The notes under the pieces are model-generated. The model had not been told where the DNA came from. It saw nothing but the letters and a program-made list of their open reading frames with translations, and searched no databases. Of a stretch of 64,000 nt of DNA, positions 1 through 8,749 are shown in pieces; the stretch's first letter is position 1, and every line of letters starts with the position of its first letter. This DNA is from a virus (lineage: Duplodnaviria; Caudoviricetes), in IMG/VR virus record IMGVR_UViG_3300025372_000001; one strand, given 5' to 3'. A program made the position numbers and the translations under genes.

Positions 1-814
1 TTCCATATTCAGTAGAATAAATTGTAACCAATTCATCCAAGTGATCTTTTAGAATATATTTCTTTGCATATTCTCTGCCAAATTCGATTGCCTCTTGATA
101 ATTGGTTTTATTTTTTAATACTTCTTCAATCATCTGCATCATTTGTTCACCAGTATCAAACAGATATTTCCATCCATCAAAATTATAACATTCTAGATTT
201 TGTGCAATCACAGGAATACCAAATGCTCCACCTTCTGTCAATTTAATATTGGATTTGGCTCGATTGAATTCATTTTTCTCTAAAGGAGCAAGCATGATTT
301 GACAATTTAAATTCCTAATAAAATCAGGATATTCAGGAAGAGGAATCCATGGATGAAATTCTACTCCTCTTCCAATAAATTCTCTTAGTCTATAAGGTAA
401 TGCTCCTCCGAGGAATACCCATTCATATTTCTTCTTATTAAGAAGATCATCAATAATGTAGGAATTGATATGTGAAAAATCGTCTTTTTGACCATTTTTA
501 TTAACTACATCGAAATGTGTTGCACTTCCTGCATATAGAATTCTTGGTTTCTTGTTCTTACTTTTCTTATAATTGAAAAGAAGTTTGTCCATGTTGAAAC
601 CAATATCTACTAGATGCTTTGGAGCATAGTTAGGAAGAACGGTAATCTTATGGAAATCTAGTCTTTCTTCATAAAGTTTCTTCATATATGGGGATACAAC
701 TGTTACTTCATCGCAATTTTTAACTAAAATATTATTAGCATAAAAATTATGATTTTTTTCTACGGTTAAATCATAGACAGGTCTTTTCTTCGAAAGCTTT
801 TTTATAGTTATCAT
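1..814 (-). CDS. Split-intein C-fragment (IntC, 33 aa, 716-814) fused to the C-terminal half of a GT-B/GT4-like glycosyltransferase; runs off the window start; absent from the ORF track
   Basis: Manual translation from ATG 814: MITIKKLSKKRPVYDLTVEKNHNFYANNILVKN/CDEVTVVSPYMKKLY...KPRILYAGS...IMLAPLEKNEFNRAKSNIKLTEGGAFGIPVIAQN. Intein block F (VYDLTV) and block G (ILVKN/C) are followed by a GT4-type KSxxKxxE...G.PVIA nucleotide-sugar motif; no stop before base 1. Confidence 0.93.
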   Translation of the reverse strand, partial: MITIKKLSKKRPVYDLTVEKNHNFYANNILVKNCDEVTVVSPYMKKLYEERLDFHKITVLPNYAPKHLVDIGFNMDKLLFNYKKSKNKKPRILYAGSATHFDVVNKNGQKDDFSHINSYIIDDLLNKKKYEWVFLGGALPYRLREFIGRGVEFHPWIPLPEYPDFIRNLNCQIMLAPLEKNEFNRAKSNIKLTEGGAFGIPVIAQNLECYNFDGWKYLFDTGEQMMQMIEEVLKNKTNYQEAIEFGREYAKKYILKDHLDELVTIYSTEYG

Positions 815-1073
815 ATACGTTTAATAAATCAATATTTAATACTTTATTGGGATCAATACAAGTTAGTTGTGAAAGTTCAACTTTGATATTTTGTGCTAAA
901 CATTTTTCCAAAACTTTTTCACACAATCCTACATGTTTTTTACCATTAAACATATAAGGAGAATATGTTTGAGGAAGTCCAACACTTTTTCGAAAATTGC
1001 GCCACTTTTTATAATGTAGATGTTTTTTATCAAGGAAATACTGAAATACAGTATCAATTAATCGTTGTCTATA
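771..1073 (-). pseudogene. Startless in-frame second copy of the C-terminal domain of the adjacent GIY-YIG endonuclease
   Basis: Same frame as 1083..1916, after TAG-GAA-ATT-TAA. LIDTVFQYFLDKKHLHYKKWRNFRKSVGLPQTYSPYMFNGKKHVGLCEKVLEKC aligns by eye with IIDKAIEYFLIRRNIYATPWLKYCKTMGYPQNYDKKSKFRFNGEGTRGFYKAFLAEC. Confidence 0.7.
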
Positions 1074-1082
1074 TTAAATTTC

Positions 1083-1916
1083 CTAGTTTTTTTCCAGTTG
1101 TTCGGCAGTTTTCTCTTTTTTAGATGGCACCTGCTCCCATTTATTTTTATATTTGTCAGGCAAATCTTGTGGCGTAAAGGGAGTAGCATATTCCGCGTAT
1201 ATATTAAAAAGTTCTATGAAACTTCTTCCTCGCATTATATCACATACCATTTCATTGAAAAAAACAGGGATACTTCTTTTTTTGCATTCTGCTAAGAATG
1301 CTTTGTAGAATCCTCTGGTTCCTTCGCCATTAAATCTAAATTTACTTTTTTTATCATAGTTCTGAGGATAACCCATAGTTTTACAATATTTTAGCCAGGG
1401 AGTAGCGTATATATTTCGACGTATCAGAAAATATTCGATGGCTTTATCTATAATCATAACATCAGTTACACCCGTGTATCTACCATTTTTCTCTCCACTA
1501 ACTACTTCTGATCTGATTTTTCTATATTTTTCGTCTTTATAGAAATCTCGATTTCTTGCAAATGGATCGTATACTGCTCCATTTTTTAACATATTGTATC
1601 CTTTTTCACAATTAGTACTATCATATAATGCGATATATTTCTCTTCTATTTCTAATGCCTCATTATGATCGGTGGTGATAGCTAATACTTCGTATGTCAA
1701 ATTCTCTGCCCCATATTTTCGAATAGCATGTTTTAATCTTGTTAAATTTTCGATTTCGTGACTTTTCCCGACACAGTTAGCAACATATATATGCTGTTTA
1801 ATTCGATGTAAAGGTTCTCGCTTTGTATATCCGATATATACTTTATTATTTAAATTAATTTTATATATAGAATATGTGATGGGTTTCTTTTCAGTAGTAA
1901 CAATATCGTCGGACAT
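1083..1916 (-). mobile_element. GIY-YIG homing endonuclease, free-standing between the split-intein halves
   Basis: SIYKINLNNKVYIGYT..R..QH, conserved E (EIEEKYI) and N (GYNM) of the GIY-YIG catalytic domain; own TATAAATA promoter. Confidence 0.9.
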
Positions 1917-1942
1917 TAAAACTATTTATACTACGACGATAT
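1903..1942 (-). promoter_or_regulatory. 9-bp hairpin whose loop contains the late promoter TATAAATA (1923-1930) and the GIY-YIG start codon
   Basis: ATATCGTCG (1903-1911) / CGACGATAT (1934-1942); promoter ends 6 nt before ATG 1916. Confidence 0.75.
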
Positions 1943-1943
1943 A

Positions 1944-2822
1944 TTATACAATATCTAATATATCATTTGATAATAATTCTTCTGCAATAACCCATCCTCT
2001 ATTCTTAGTAAAGATTGGATGATCCGGTGTACAAATAATAGAATGTCCCGAAACACTATCAGTAATCTCTAAAACATCAGCACTATCATTCGTCATCTCG
2101 CATGCTAATAAAGATTTAAATTCTATAACATTGGTATCTAAATCTTTGGACAAAACTTTGATATTTTTGCCTTCATCAAAATATTCTTTAAGTTCTTTAA
2201 GATCAATGTCCATATAAATCCCATCAACTATGGTATTAATGATGGATGATTCATCTACGCATAAATGAACTATTTCTTTTACAATCTTTTCGATTTTATT
2301 ATCTAGGAAACCTTCGCGACAAGCATTATACATTGGCAAGGTGTCAATAAAAATACTATCGTCCACTTCCCACACGATTCTAAATCCCTTACCTGTTTGT
2401 CGCTTAAATTCATTAGAGACTTCTCGTAAAAATTTAACGAATTCTAATTGAGGTTCAGTACATTGTCTCTGAACACGAACGGCATCAATTGCTCCATAGA
2501 AATGAGGAACCATTACCATTTGATATAGGGTCATTACTACTGCTTTATTGTATGCAAGAAGGTCGTCGGCAGGCCAAATCATCCGCCAAAATCCACAACC
2601 AGATTGATCGGCACAATAATGAATGACTCTAGGAAGACCTTCACCAGGAACAGGAATTTTAAAAGGTTCAGGTTTAGGTAGAGGAGTCCAAGGTTTTTTA
2701 GAAATAGGATTATGTCCTATGTGCTTCTTAAAAGGTGTTAAAGGGTGATTATGAGAAGGAGGTTGAGTAGGAACTATACCGGGAACTTTAATATTTGTCT
2801 GGGGTGTAACGAAAGAAGCCAT
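1944..2822 (-). CDS. Glycosyltransferase N-terminal half fused to split-intein N-fragment (IntN, 105 aa, 1947-2261)
   Basis: N-extein VIHYCADQSGCGFWRMIWP...VWEVDD...IVKEIVHL, then Cys1 block A (CVDESSII), block B (CTPDHPIFTKNRGWVIAEEL), ending in a stop with no block F/G. Confidence 0.92.
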   Translation of the reverse strand: MASFVTPQTNIKVPGIVPTQPPSHNHPLTPFKKHIGHNPISKKPWTPLPKPEPFKIPVPGEGLPRVIHYCADQSGCGFWRMIWPADDLLAYNKAVVMTLYQMVMVPHFYGAIDAVRVQRQCTEPQLEFVKFLREVSNEFKRQTGKGFRIVWEVDDSIFIDTLPMYNACREGFLDNKIEKIVKEIVHLCVDESSIINTIVDGIYMDIDLKELKEYFDEGKNIKVLSKDLDTNVIEFKSLLACEMTNDSADVLEITDSVSGHSIICTPDHPIFTKNRGWVIAEELLSNDILDIV

Positions 2823-2849
2823 CTTAAACGTATTTAAGATGGCTTCTTT
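2812..2849 (-). promoter_or_regulatory. 17-bp perfect hairpin covering the ATG of the GT-IntN gene, with late promoter TAAATA (2831-2836) at its apex; may also terminate upstream transcription
   Basis: AAAGAAGCCATCTTAAA-cgta-TTTAAGATGGCTTCTTT; the start codon (2820-2822) lies within the stem. Confidence 0.8.
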
Positions 2850-2870
2850 TTATAATCAATGCTAATTAAA

Positions 2871-3164
2871 TTAACTATTAAAGAATTGAATTAATTGATC
2901 TTTAGTTTTACCGCCAACTTGTCGTCCTACTTCTACCCCATTTTTATAATGGATAATAGTTGGAACGGCACGAATACCTTCTTGAGAAGCTAGATTACTC
3001 GCTTCATCAGTGTCCACTTTAATGATATTAATTTCTTCTGCTGCTTTCTCGATATTGGGGGCCATCATTTTACAAGGTGTGCAAAAACTTGCACTATATA
3101 CAATAATGAGGTTTTCGTCATTTGCGCGTTTAATTATAGCATCTTTTTCTGTTGTGTATTCCAT
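2871..3164 (-). CDS. Thioredoxin
   Basis: SASFCTPCKMMAP active site, IKVDTD, GIRAVPT; TAAATA (3172-3177) 7 nt upstream. Confidence 0.92.
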   Translation of the reverse strand: MEYTTEKDAIIKRANDENLIIVYSASFCTPCKMMAPNIEKAAEEINIIKVDTDEASNLASQEGIRAVPTIIHYKNGVEVGRQVGGKTKDQLIQFFNS

Positions 3165-3973
3165 ACGTGGTTATTTAATCTTTCGTCTTTTCGTGTTAAA
3201 GTAATATGTGGATAATCGTTTATTCCTTTTATGAGAAGTTCCTGAACTGCATCTTTATTGAAATGTAAATCCCAATATTCCTTTTTTCTTTTACTTATTT
3301 TTCCTCCAAAAAAATATTGTAAGTCTTCTATGAATCCTTTACTGGCAGACACTATACTTATACGGTGTCCTGTTTTTGCTACCCAACCATCGCCATCTGT
3401 TACTCCACGTAAAAAACCTAATCTAAAGTTTTCAGTTGCGGTGGAAAAGGTTTCTATATTTATTCGAAGATCATAAGTCTTATTTGTAAATATCAGAAAT
3501 TGGTGAATGACGTTTTCAAATGCAGGCATCGTTGCAGTATATGCAATCTTATCAGTTTTTCCTAAAGTCGGGGGTTTTATACGGAAATCGGAAATATCTA
3601 TATCTTCTAATAAAGTATCAAAAAACTTAAATAAGCAATCCTTATCTTTTATTGCTAAAGTTATATCTATCCTACTAATCGTATTTTTAATCTTAAAATT
3701 GGTGTATAGGCAACCATCTGCGGCAAAAAATCCTAAACACCATCCCAAATCAAAATCGGATATATTTATTTTAGCTTTATGTTTTATTCTGCCACCTTTT
3801 TCAAAAAATGGACTTTTGATACCACTTTTCTTTCTTAACTCTGAAAGAGTTCGAGATTTTATCTCCAATAAATCACATAACTCTTTTCTATTTTTAGAAG
3901 AGTTATAAATTTTTAATAATTCGATTCGTTTTAAATTTATCTCATATTGTTGAGCGTTAGTATATTTTCGCAT
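3134..3973 (-). mobile_element. Free-standing double-motif LAGLIDADG (DOD/intein-type) endonuclease with N-terminal HTH-like segment
   Basis: WCLGFFAADGC and FLRGVTDGDGW motifs; overlaps the thioredoxin 5' end by 31 bp. Confidence 0.85.
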
Positions 3974-4164
3974 TAAATAAAGTTTTGTTTCATAATTGCA
4001 AATTTTTCCAGAAATGGTCGTTCGGGTTCATTAAATCCTCCATTACCAGGAATAGCTAATCCTGTATATCCTTTATCATTTAAATATTTTACTTTAGAAA
4101 TATCCGTCAATAATGAACAATTTAAATAATTAATATCTTCTTCAGTTAATTGTATCTTTTCCAT
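3973..4164 (-). CDS. Hypothetical protein
   Basis: 63-aa ORF, stop/start overlap with next gene; TAAATA 8 nt upstream. Confidence 0.6.
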   Translation of the reverse strand: MEKIQLTEEDINYLNCSLLTDISKVKYLNDKGYTGLAIPGNGGFNEPERPFLEKFAIMKQNFI

Positions 4165-4175
4165 AGTCTTTTTAT

Positions 4176-4484
4176 TTATTCTATTGTTTTTGGTTGAGCT
4201 ACATTAAACCTGTTATTATCAACAATATCAATACCTAATTGTTCCCAGCATTGTACATCTACAATATCAGGCCCAAATATTGCATCAAATGATACTGAGA
4301 CAGCTTCCTCATGAAGGAATTTAAAATCATCTAATCCGTCAAATATCCTTAAATTTCCTTTATAAGGAATATCTCTTACAATTTCGATACAATATCTATC
4401 ATCTAGTATATTTCCGTCTATTACATTTTCTCCACGTTGTACCGGTCCTTTATCAGTTATATCAAATTTACAAATTGGTTTCAT
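4176..4484 (-). CDS. Hypothetical protein
   Basis: 102-aa ORF in operon-like packing. Confidence 0.65.
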   Translation of the reverse strand: MKPICKFDITDKGPVQRGENVIDGNILDDRYCIEIVRDIPYKGNLRIFDGLDDFKFLHEEAVSVSFDAIFGPDIVDVQCWEQLGIDIVDNNRFNVAQPKTIE

Positions 4485-4488
4485 AATT

Positions 4489-6240
4489 TTATTCTACTAT
4501 TCTCGTAAGACCCCTTTCTTTCTCTAATCTAATTACATTCCCATCCGAAATCATAATATTATTCGGATTGTGTGTGATAATATAATATGCCTCATTGTTC
4601 TGTTCACTCATTATTTTCAACAATTCCATAATTTCTTCTGCTGCTTTTGAATCAATGGACGAATCAAACAATTCATCAAACACAGAAATATTAACTGTCA
4701 CATTACTTTGTAATCTTCTAATATCTCTAAAAGTAAACAACATGGAAAAACAAACTCGTCCCTTTTCTCCATCAGATAATCTATCATAAGATATAGTCTT
4801 TCCTTTCGGATTAACCACAGTTTCTTCGAAAAATTCATCAAAGGTAATACTACAAGGCGTATTCAATCTCTTCAAATAGAAATTCAATCTCTCATTAATT
4901 GTATCCAATATCTTACTAGTAATAAATGCCTTTACTCCTGTCGGAGAAAAAGTAATCTTAACTCCTTCCAATATTGCTACTTCTTTTTTTAACTCTTGGA
5001 ACACTGTTCGTCTTGCTTCCAAATAAGTCTTATCATTTGTAACCTTTTCCAAAAACGGATTAACTGATGATTCGATTCTTGCTCGTTCCTTAATAGTTGC
5101 TAAAATTCGATCTTGCGACTTATGATAAACATCTTGCTTTTCTTGTGTCCTTTTCTTCTTTTCTTCTAATGCCTTAAATTCCTTTTCAGTTAAATTATAA
5201 CGTTGTTGAAGAGTATCATAAACATTAACCAATTGAGTAATTTTATTATTTAATTCCTTGATAACTTCTTGAATTTGTTTCTTTTCATCATCGAAGGAAT
5301 GAGTATCATTGTTATCAAAAGAACGTTTACAAGTAGGACAAAAAGTAGGTTTATCTTCTAATTTCTTTAGCTTACTTGTTTCGTTTCTTAATTCGGTTGA
5401 TACTTCTGCTTTTCTGACAGATGCTCGTTGTTTCTTTTCAGTTATATTAGTTAATGATGCTTTCTTTAATTCTAAATCTCTATCCAGTTGTCTTAATTCT
5501 TCGGTTAAGTCAATAGGATGAACTTGTTTCAATTCATTCAATAATTTATCATAATCAAGAAGTGCCTGTTCTTTGCGTTTCTCATGGCTTTCTGCATATG
5601 CTTCATCTTTCTCGATGGACTTTACTAACTCTTGTATTCGAGCCTCTTCTTTGCCCATTTCTGTGCATTTAAGAGCATGTTCATCTTTTGCATCCTTGGC
5701 AAGTTTACTAAACACTTCTAATCCTAGAATACCTTCAATAAATTTAGTTTTTAAAGATTTCTCTTGAGAAAGGAATGCAGAAGATTCTTTACTAGTCATT
5801 ACTAAAGTATTAGTGAATACTTCTTTAGTAATTCCTAGATCATTGAGAATGTCTTTAGTTGTTTCAGGTTTAGTTTTGGTTTTATCTTCTCTAGTACCAT
5901 CAGGATGAACAACGAATCTGGTTAATTCATCGGGGGAAAGAGAACGCATGATTTCATAGTTGATCCCGTTAACTGAATACCAACATTCAACGATACATGC
6001 ATCTTTGGCATGATCATTTTTGATTTCTTTTTGATTGATATTTCGATAGGTTTTACCGAATAGAACGAAAGAGAGCGGTTCAACGATTAGAGAAGTTTTT
6101 CCGACTCCGTTAAAAGAATTATCGTCTTTGTTGAAACCGGTGATGAAGTTGATGCCTTCTTGAAAGATTAATTCAGTTGGTTCATTTCCATATGAGAGGA
6201 AATTTCTAATTCGTATTTTTTCAAATATTACTTTTTTCAT
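4489..6240 (-). CDS. 46: Recombination endonuclease ATPase subunit (T4 gp46 / SbcC / Rad50)
   Basis: IRNFLSYG, Walker A NGVGKTS, coiled coil with CPTC zinc hook, LSDGEK signature, Walker B VFDELFD, IITHN. Confidence 0.95.
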   Translation of the reverse strand: MKKVIFEKIRIRNFLSYGNEPTELIFQEGINFITGFNKDDNSFNGVGKTSLIVEPLSFVLFGKTYRNINQKEIKNDHAKDACIVECWYSVNGINYEIMRSLSPDELTRFVVHPDGTREDKTKTKPETTKDILNDLGITKEVFTNTLVMTSKESSAFLSQEKSLKTKFIEGILGLEVFSKLAKDAKDEHALKCTEMGKEEARIQELVKSIEKDEAYAESHEKRKEQALLDYDKLLNELKQVHPIDLTEELRQLDRDLELKKASLTNITEKKQRASVRKAEVSTELRNETSKLKKLEDKPTFCPTCKRSFDNNDTHSFDDEKKQIQEVIKELNNKITQLVNVYDTLQQRYNLTEKEFKALEEKKKRTQEKQDVYHKSQDRILATIKERARIESSVNPFLEKVTNDKTYLEARRTVFQELKKEVAILEGVKITFSPTGVKAFITSKILDTINERLNFYLKRLNTPCSITFDEFFEETVVNPKGKTISYDRLSDGEKGRVCFSMLFTFRDIRRLQSNVTVNISVFDELFDSSIDSKAAEEIMELLKIMSEQNNEAYYIITHNPNNIMISDGNVIRLEKERGLTRIVE

Positions 6241-6441
6241 TTAAATGTGCTTAAACATTGAACATTTTTCTTGTCCTAAATCTTCATTATCAATAACAAT
6301 GATATTCATTCCAACTTGGAAAGCATTATAATTGTAATAAAGGCATTTCCTGAAATCAGGAGAATCAAAGAACATACCTTTCTTTGTAGTAGGTAATTTA
6401 CTACATTTTCCTTCGTCTGACATAAAAATACATTTATTCAT
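6241..6441 (-). CDS. Small Cys-containing hypothetical protein
   Basis: 66-aa ORF abutting gp46. Confidence 0.55.
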   Translation of the reverse strand: MNKCIFMSDEGKCSKLPTTKKGMFFDSPDFRKCLYYNYNAFQVGMNIIVIDNEDLGQEKCSMFKHI

Positions 6442-6444
6442 AAT

Positions 6445-6744
6445 TTATTCTAATATATAGCAATCTTCATCACCTGTTGCATCTTTGGGACAAATTTCTG
6501 GTTTACAAGAAAGAAAAGTCCGAAGTTCTTCTTTAGTGGAGAATTTAAAAGTGTTCCAACCATCAAATCGAGATTGAATAGCTAATATTGCTTCCTCTGA
6601 ACAATAACCATTTAATAATGCAGCGGTGCAAGGGCCGCTATACTTATAGTGTTCCGAATCTACAGGAAATAAAATTAAAGAATGTAGTAAACACTGCTCA
6701 AAGTTTTCTTGATTTTCTAATATTTGATCTAAGGTATATTTCAT
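6445..6744 (-). CDS. Hypothetical protein
   Basis: 99-aa ORF, ATGA overlap with upstream gene. Confidence 0.6.
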   Translation of the reverse strand: MKYTLDQILENQENFEQCLLHSLILFPVDSEHYKYSGPCTAALLNGYCSEEAILAIQSRFDGWNTFKFSTKEELRTFLSCKPEICPKDATGDEDCYILE

Positions 6745-7751
6745 TGTTTAAAACTTAAAATTAATTCATTCACTTTCTCTTGTGACATATCCGCATATTC
6801 TTGTTTGGTATGAAGTTTACGTAATTCACCCATGACTCTTCCTACTTCTTTACCATCACTAATATTGATAAGTTCCATGACTTTATAACCATTAACCTTT
6901 TCTTTAAAGGCTTTATCAAAAAGATAGCGAACTTTATTCTTTTTGATAGATTCTTTTAAAATAGGAAAACGTTCCGCCCATTCACAAATATAATATTCGC
7001 GTCGTTGAAAAACGTGTCGATTATATTTCCATGAATTCTTTTCAAGCCATTCTACGAAACCCTTGTAAACGATTCTCTTAGAATTTCTCACGCGATTTAC
7101 GTGGTTAAGATTTTCAAATTTGAAGATTTCAGGATCAAAATATTTTGAACTAGCTACCCAATGATATACTTCTTCATTGGTATCAAATCCATTTTTCCAA
7201 TGTTCATAATCGAATCCTAATAAGGGAAGAATAACTGAAAAGTCCTTTGTAAGAATGACCTTTTCCATAATATTATCATTATCTAAGAAGTTTAATTTAC
7301 TTTCAAAGAAACTCTGACGAATCCAATAAGATAAACCCGTGTGTCCTAGATGAACATCCATCTTGTGAGCAATCCTACCTTGAAACATGCCAACGTCGCC
7401 CCAACTAGTATAATCAATAGAAGATTGATAATCCTTCATTGGAACAAAGGTTAAATCTACTTGAAATCCTGCAATAGGAAATGAAATAACATTGGAATTT
7501 ACATGAACCTCCATTTGAAGATATTCTTCTAGTGTACGTCGAGTATCCAGAGAACCATCCATTCCAACAATAATATCTAAGTCTCCGGGAGATTCTTTTA
7601 GTCGAATTGACGGAGCAACACCTAATTTCCAAGTAGAAGGAAATACTTCTTTCATATCACGAAGAATATTATCTTTAAAGATATGATATTCTTCGTTAGA
7701 AAGTCGCTTTTCTGGCAAATCCCAGATTGATTGAATTAGTTTTCCACCCAT
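6741..7751 (-). CDS. Pol-beta-superfamily nucleotidyltransferase (phage type); start revised to MGGK at 7751
   Basis: MGG start typical of this phage family, KESPGDLDIIV and FQVDL acidic motifs; promoter 8 nt upstream of ATG 7751. Confidence 0.75.
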   Translation of the reverse strand: MGGKLIQSIWDLPEKRLSNEEYHIFKDNILRDMKEVFPSTWKLGVAPSIRLKESPGDLDIIVGMDGSLDTRRTLEEYLQMEVHVNSNVISFPIAGFQVDLTFVPMKDYQSSIDYTSWGDVGMFQGRIAHKMDVHLGHTGLSYWIRQSFFESKLNFLDNDNIMEKVILTKDFSVILPLLGFDYEHWKNGFDTNEEVYHWVASSKYFDPEIFKFENLNHVNRVRNSKRIVYKGFVEWLEKNSWKYNRHVFQRREYYICEWAERFPILKESIKKNKVRYLFDKAFKEKVNGYKVMELINISDGKEVGRVMGELRKLHTKQEYADMSQEKVNELILSFKQ

Positions 7752-7788
7752 GATTCCATATACTAACACATGGAATCTATATAGGCAA
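7752..7788 (-). promoter_or_regulatory. Sigma70-like promoter TTGCCT-N17-TAGTAT (extended -10) embedded in an 8-bp hairpin abutting the start codon
   Basis: -35 at 7783-7788, -10 at 7760-7765; GATTCCAT/ATGGAATC arms at 7752-7759 and 7770-7777. Confidence 0.6.
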
Positions 7789-7792
7789 ATTA

Positions 7793-7999
7793 TTAACTAA
7801 GAGTTGCCTTAATTACTTCCAATTGTTTAGCAGAAATTTCCCCCTTAATAAATTTTTCGATATTTTCTCGAAGAATATCTGCTTTAGTAATTTCTTTAGG
7901 AGCAGGGGGGGCAACAGGTTGAGGAGTAGGTCCGAAATTGCCGCGAATTGGATCAGGATAGTTGGATACACCAAAGGTGCTAGAGGTTGTCATGGACAT
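7793..7999 (-). CDS. Small Pro-rich hypothetical protein
   Basis: 68 aa; TAAATA (8009-8014) 9 nt upstream. Confidence 0.65.
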   Translation of the reverse strand: MSMTTSSTFGVSNYPDPIRGNFGPTPQPVAPPAPKEITKADILRENIEKFIKGEISAKQLEVIKATLS

Positions 8000-8020
8000 A
8001 GATGGAGGTATTTATTTCCA

Positions 8021-8749
8021 TCAGATATAACTATCAATTCCTCTGTGCCAAATTCCGTCGTCTCTTCTTTCAATTATTCCTTGCTCAATATGAACCAATT
8101 CTCCTACTCGTTCCCCATTAACCCTCAATAAACAAGTCTTTAAACAATCTAATGTTTCTACTTCTATTCCATGATAATTAACCAGAAACATTAGGAATCT
8201 TTCATAGAAAGAATTTCCGCCCATTCTAATATAATATGGCAATAGATCGTATCCATCAGCAATCAAATCCATATTCGTTGAATTAGTAATATAAAATCTA
8301 TCACATAGTCCGTGCCAATCATCATGGTTCAATGTCCATATTTTTTGGAAATCAAATTCTTCAATATTATCAGGTAAAGCAGTATCTTCTAAGAGAAGTA
8401 AATCGGGTCGAACACGAACAACAATATCATATTTAAAATTATGGGCTTCTTCGTATCTTTGTTTTATTTTATTACATTGTTGTAAGCAATACAATTGTCG
8501 AAACATTCCTTGAGTAGCATGTTCATTGACTAAATCAAGATTAAGGTCTTTTCTCGTTTCGGAATGAAATTTTATAACATGATCATTTACTCCTAAAAAG
8601 GTGTTCATTTTATCAATATGGGGGTCATCTTGCCAGAAAAAGATAAAAATATCATAATCCTTAAATTTAGAGAGTATATTCTTCTCTAATAGATGAAACG
8701 TTTTATCGAGGGAACGAAATTCACCGGAAAAACAAATAGCAGTTCTCAT
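8021..8749 (-). CDS. Putative glycosyltransferase-like protein of viral glyco-islands
   Basis: AICFSGEFR and YDIVVRVRPDL (DxxxRxRxD) motifs, DRFY. Confidence 0.6.
   Translation of the reverse strand: MRTAICFSGEFRSLDKTFHLLEKNILSKFKDYDIFIFFWQDDPHIDKMNTFLGVNDHVIKFHSETRKDLNLDLVNEHATQGMFRQLYCLQQCNKIKQRYEEAHNFKYDIVVRVRPDLLLLEDTALPDNIEEFDFQKIWTLNHDDWHGLCDRFYITNSTNMDLIADGYDLLPYYIRMGGNSFYERFLMFLVNYHGIEVETLDCLKTCLLRVNGERVGELVHIEQGIIERRDDGIWHRGIDSYI

Noticed and set aside
64-246. Plus-strand 60-aa ORF, and many similar short ORFs antisense to or nested in clear genes (for example 1065..1295, 3010..3908, 4595..5767, 17198..18371, 33240..34775)
   Set aside because: They overlap well-supported genes and show no motifs or promoters; 64..246 is antisense to the IntC-GT gene.
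1074-1085. TAG read-through or TAG-recoded genetic code
   Set aside because: A TAA follows three codons later in the same frame. Other genes (37610, 52528, 56857) end cleanly at TAG, and long conserved genes are intact in the standard code.
1083-1095. -1 frameshift at slippery A-AAA-AAC before the GIY-YIG stop
   Set aside because: The -1 frame stops after about 5 codons and the +1 frame after about 10; neither joins the downstream duplicated domain, which is in frame 0.
815-1943. Group I intron re-joining IntN and IntC at RNA level
   Set aside because: Almost all of the interval is protein-like coding sequence, no P7-type core was recognised, and both halves have their own start or stop. 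Not excluded without RT-PCR.
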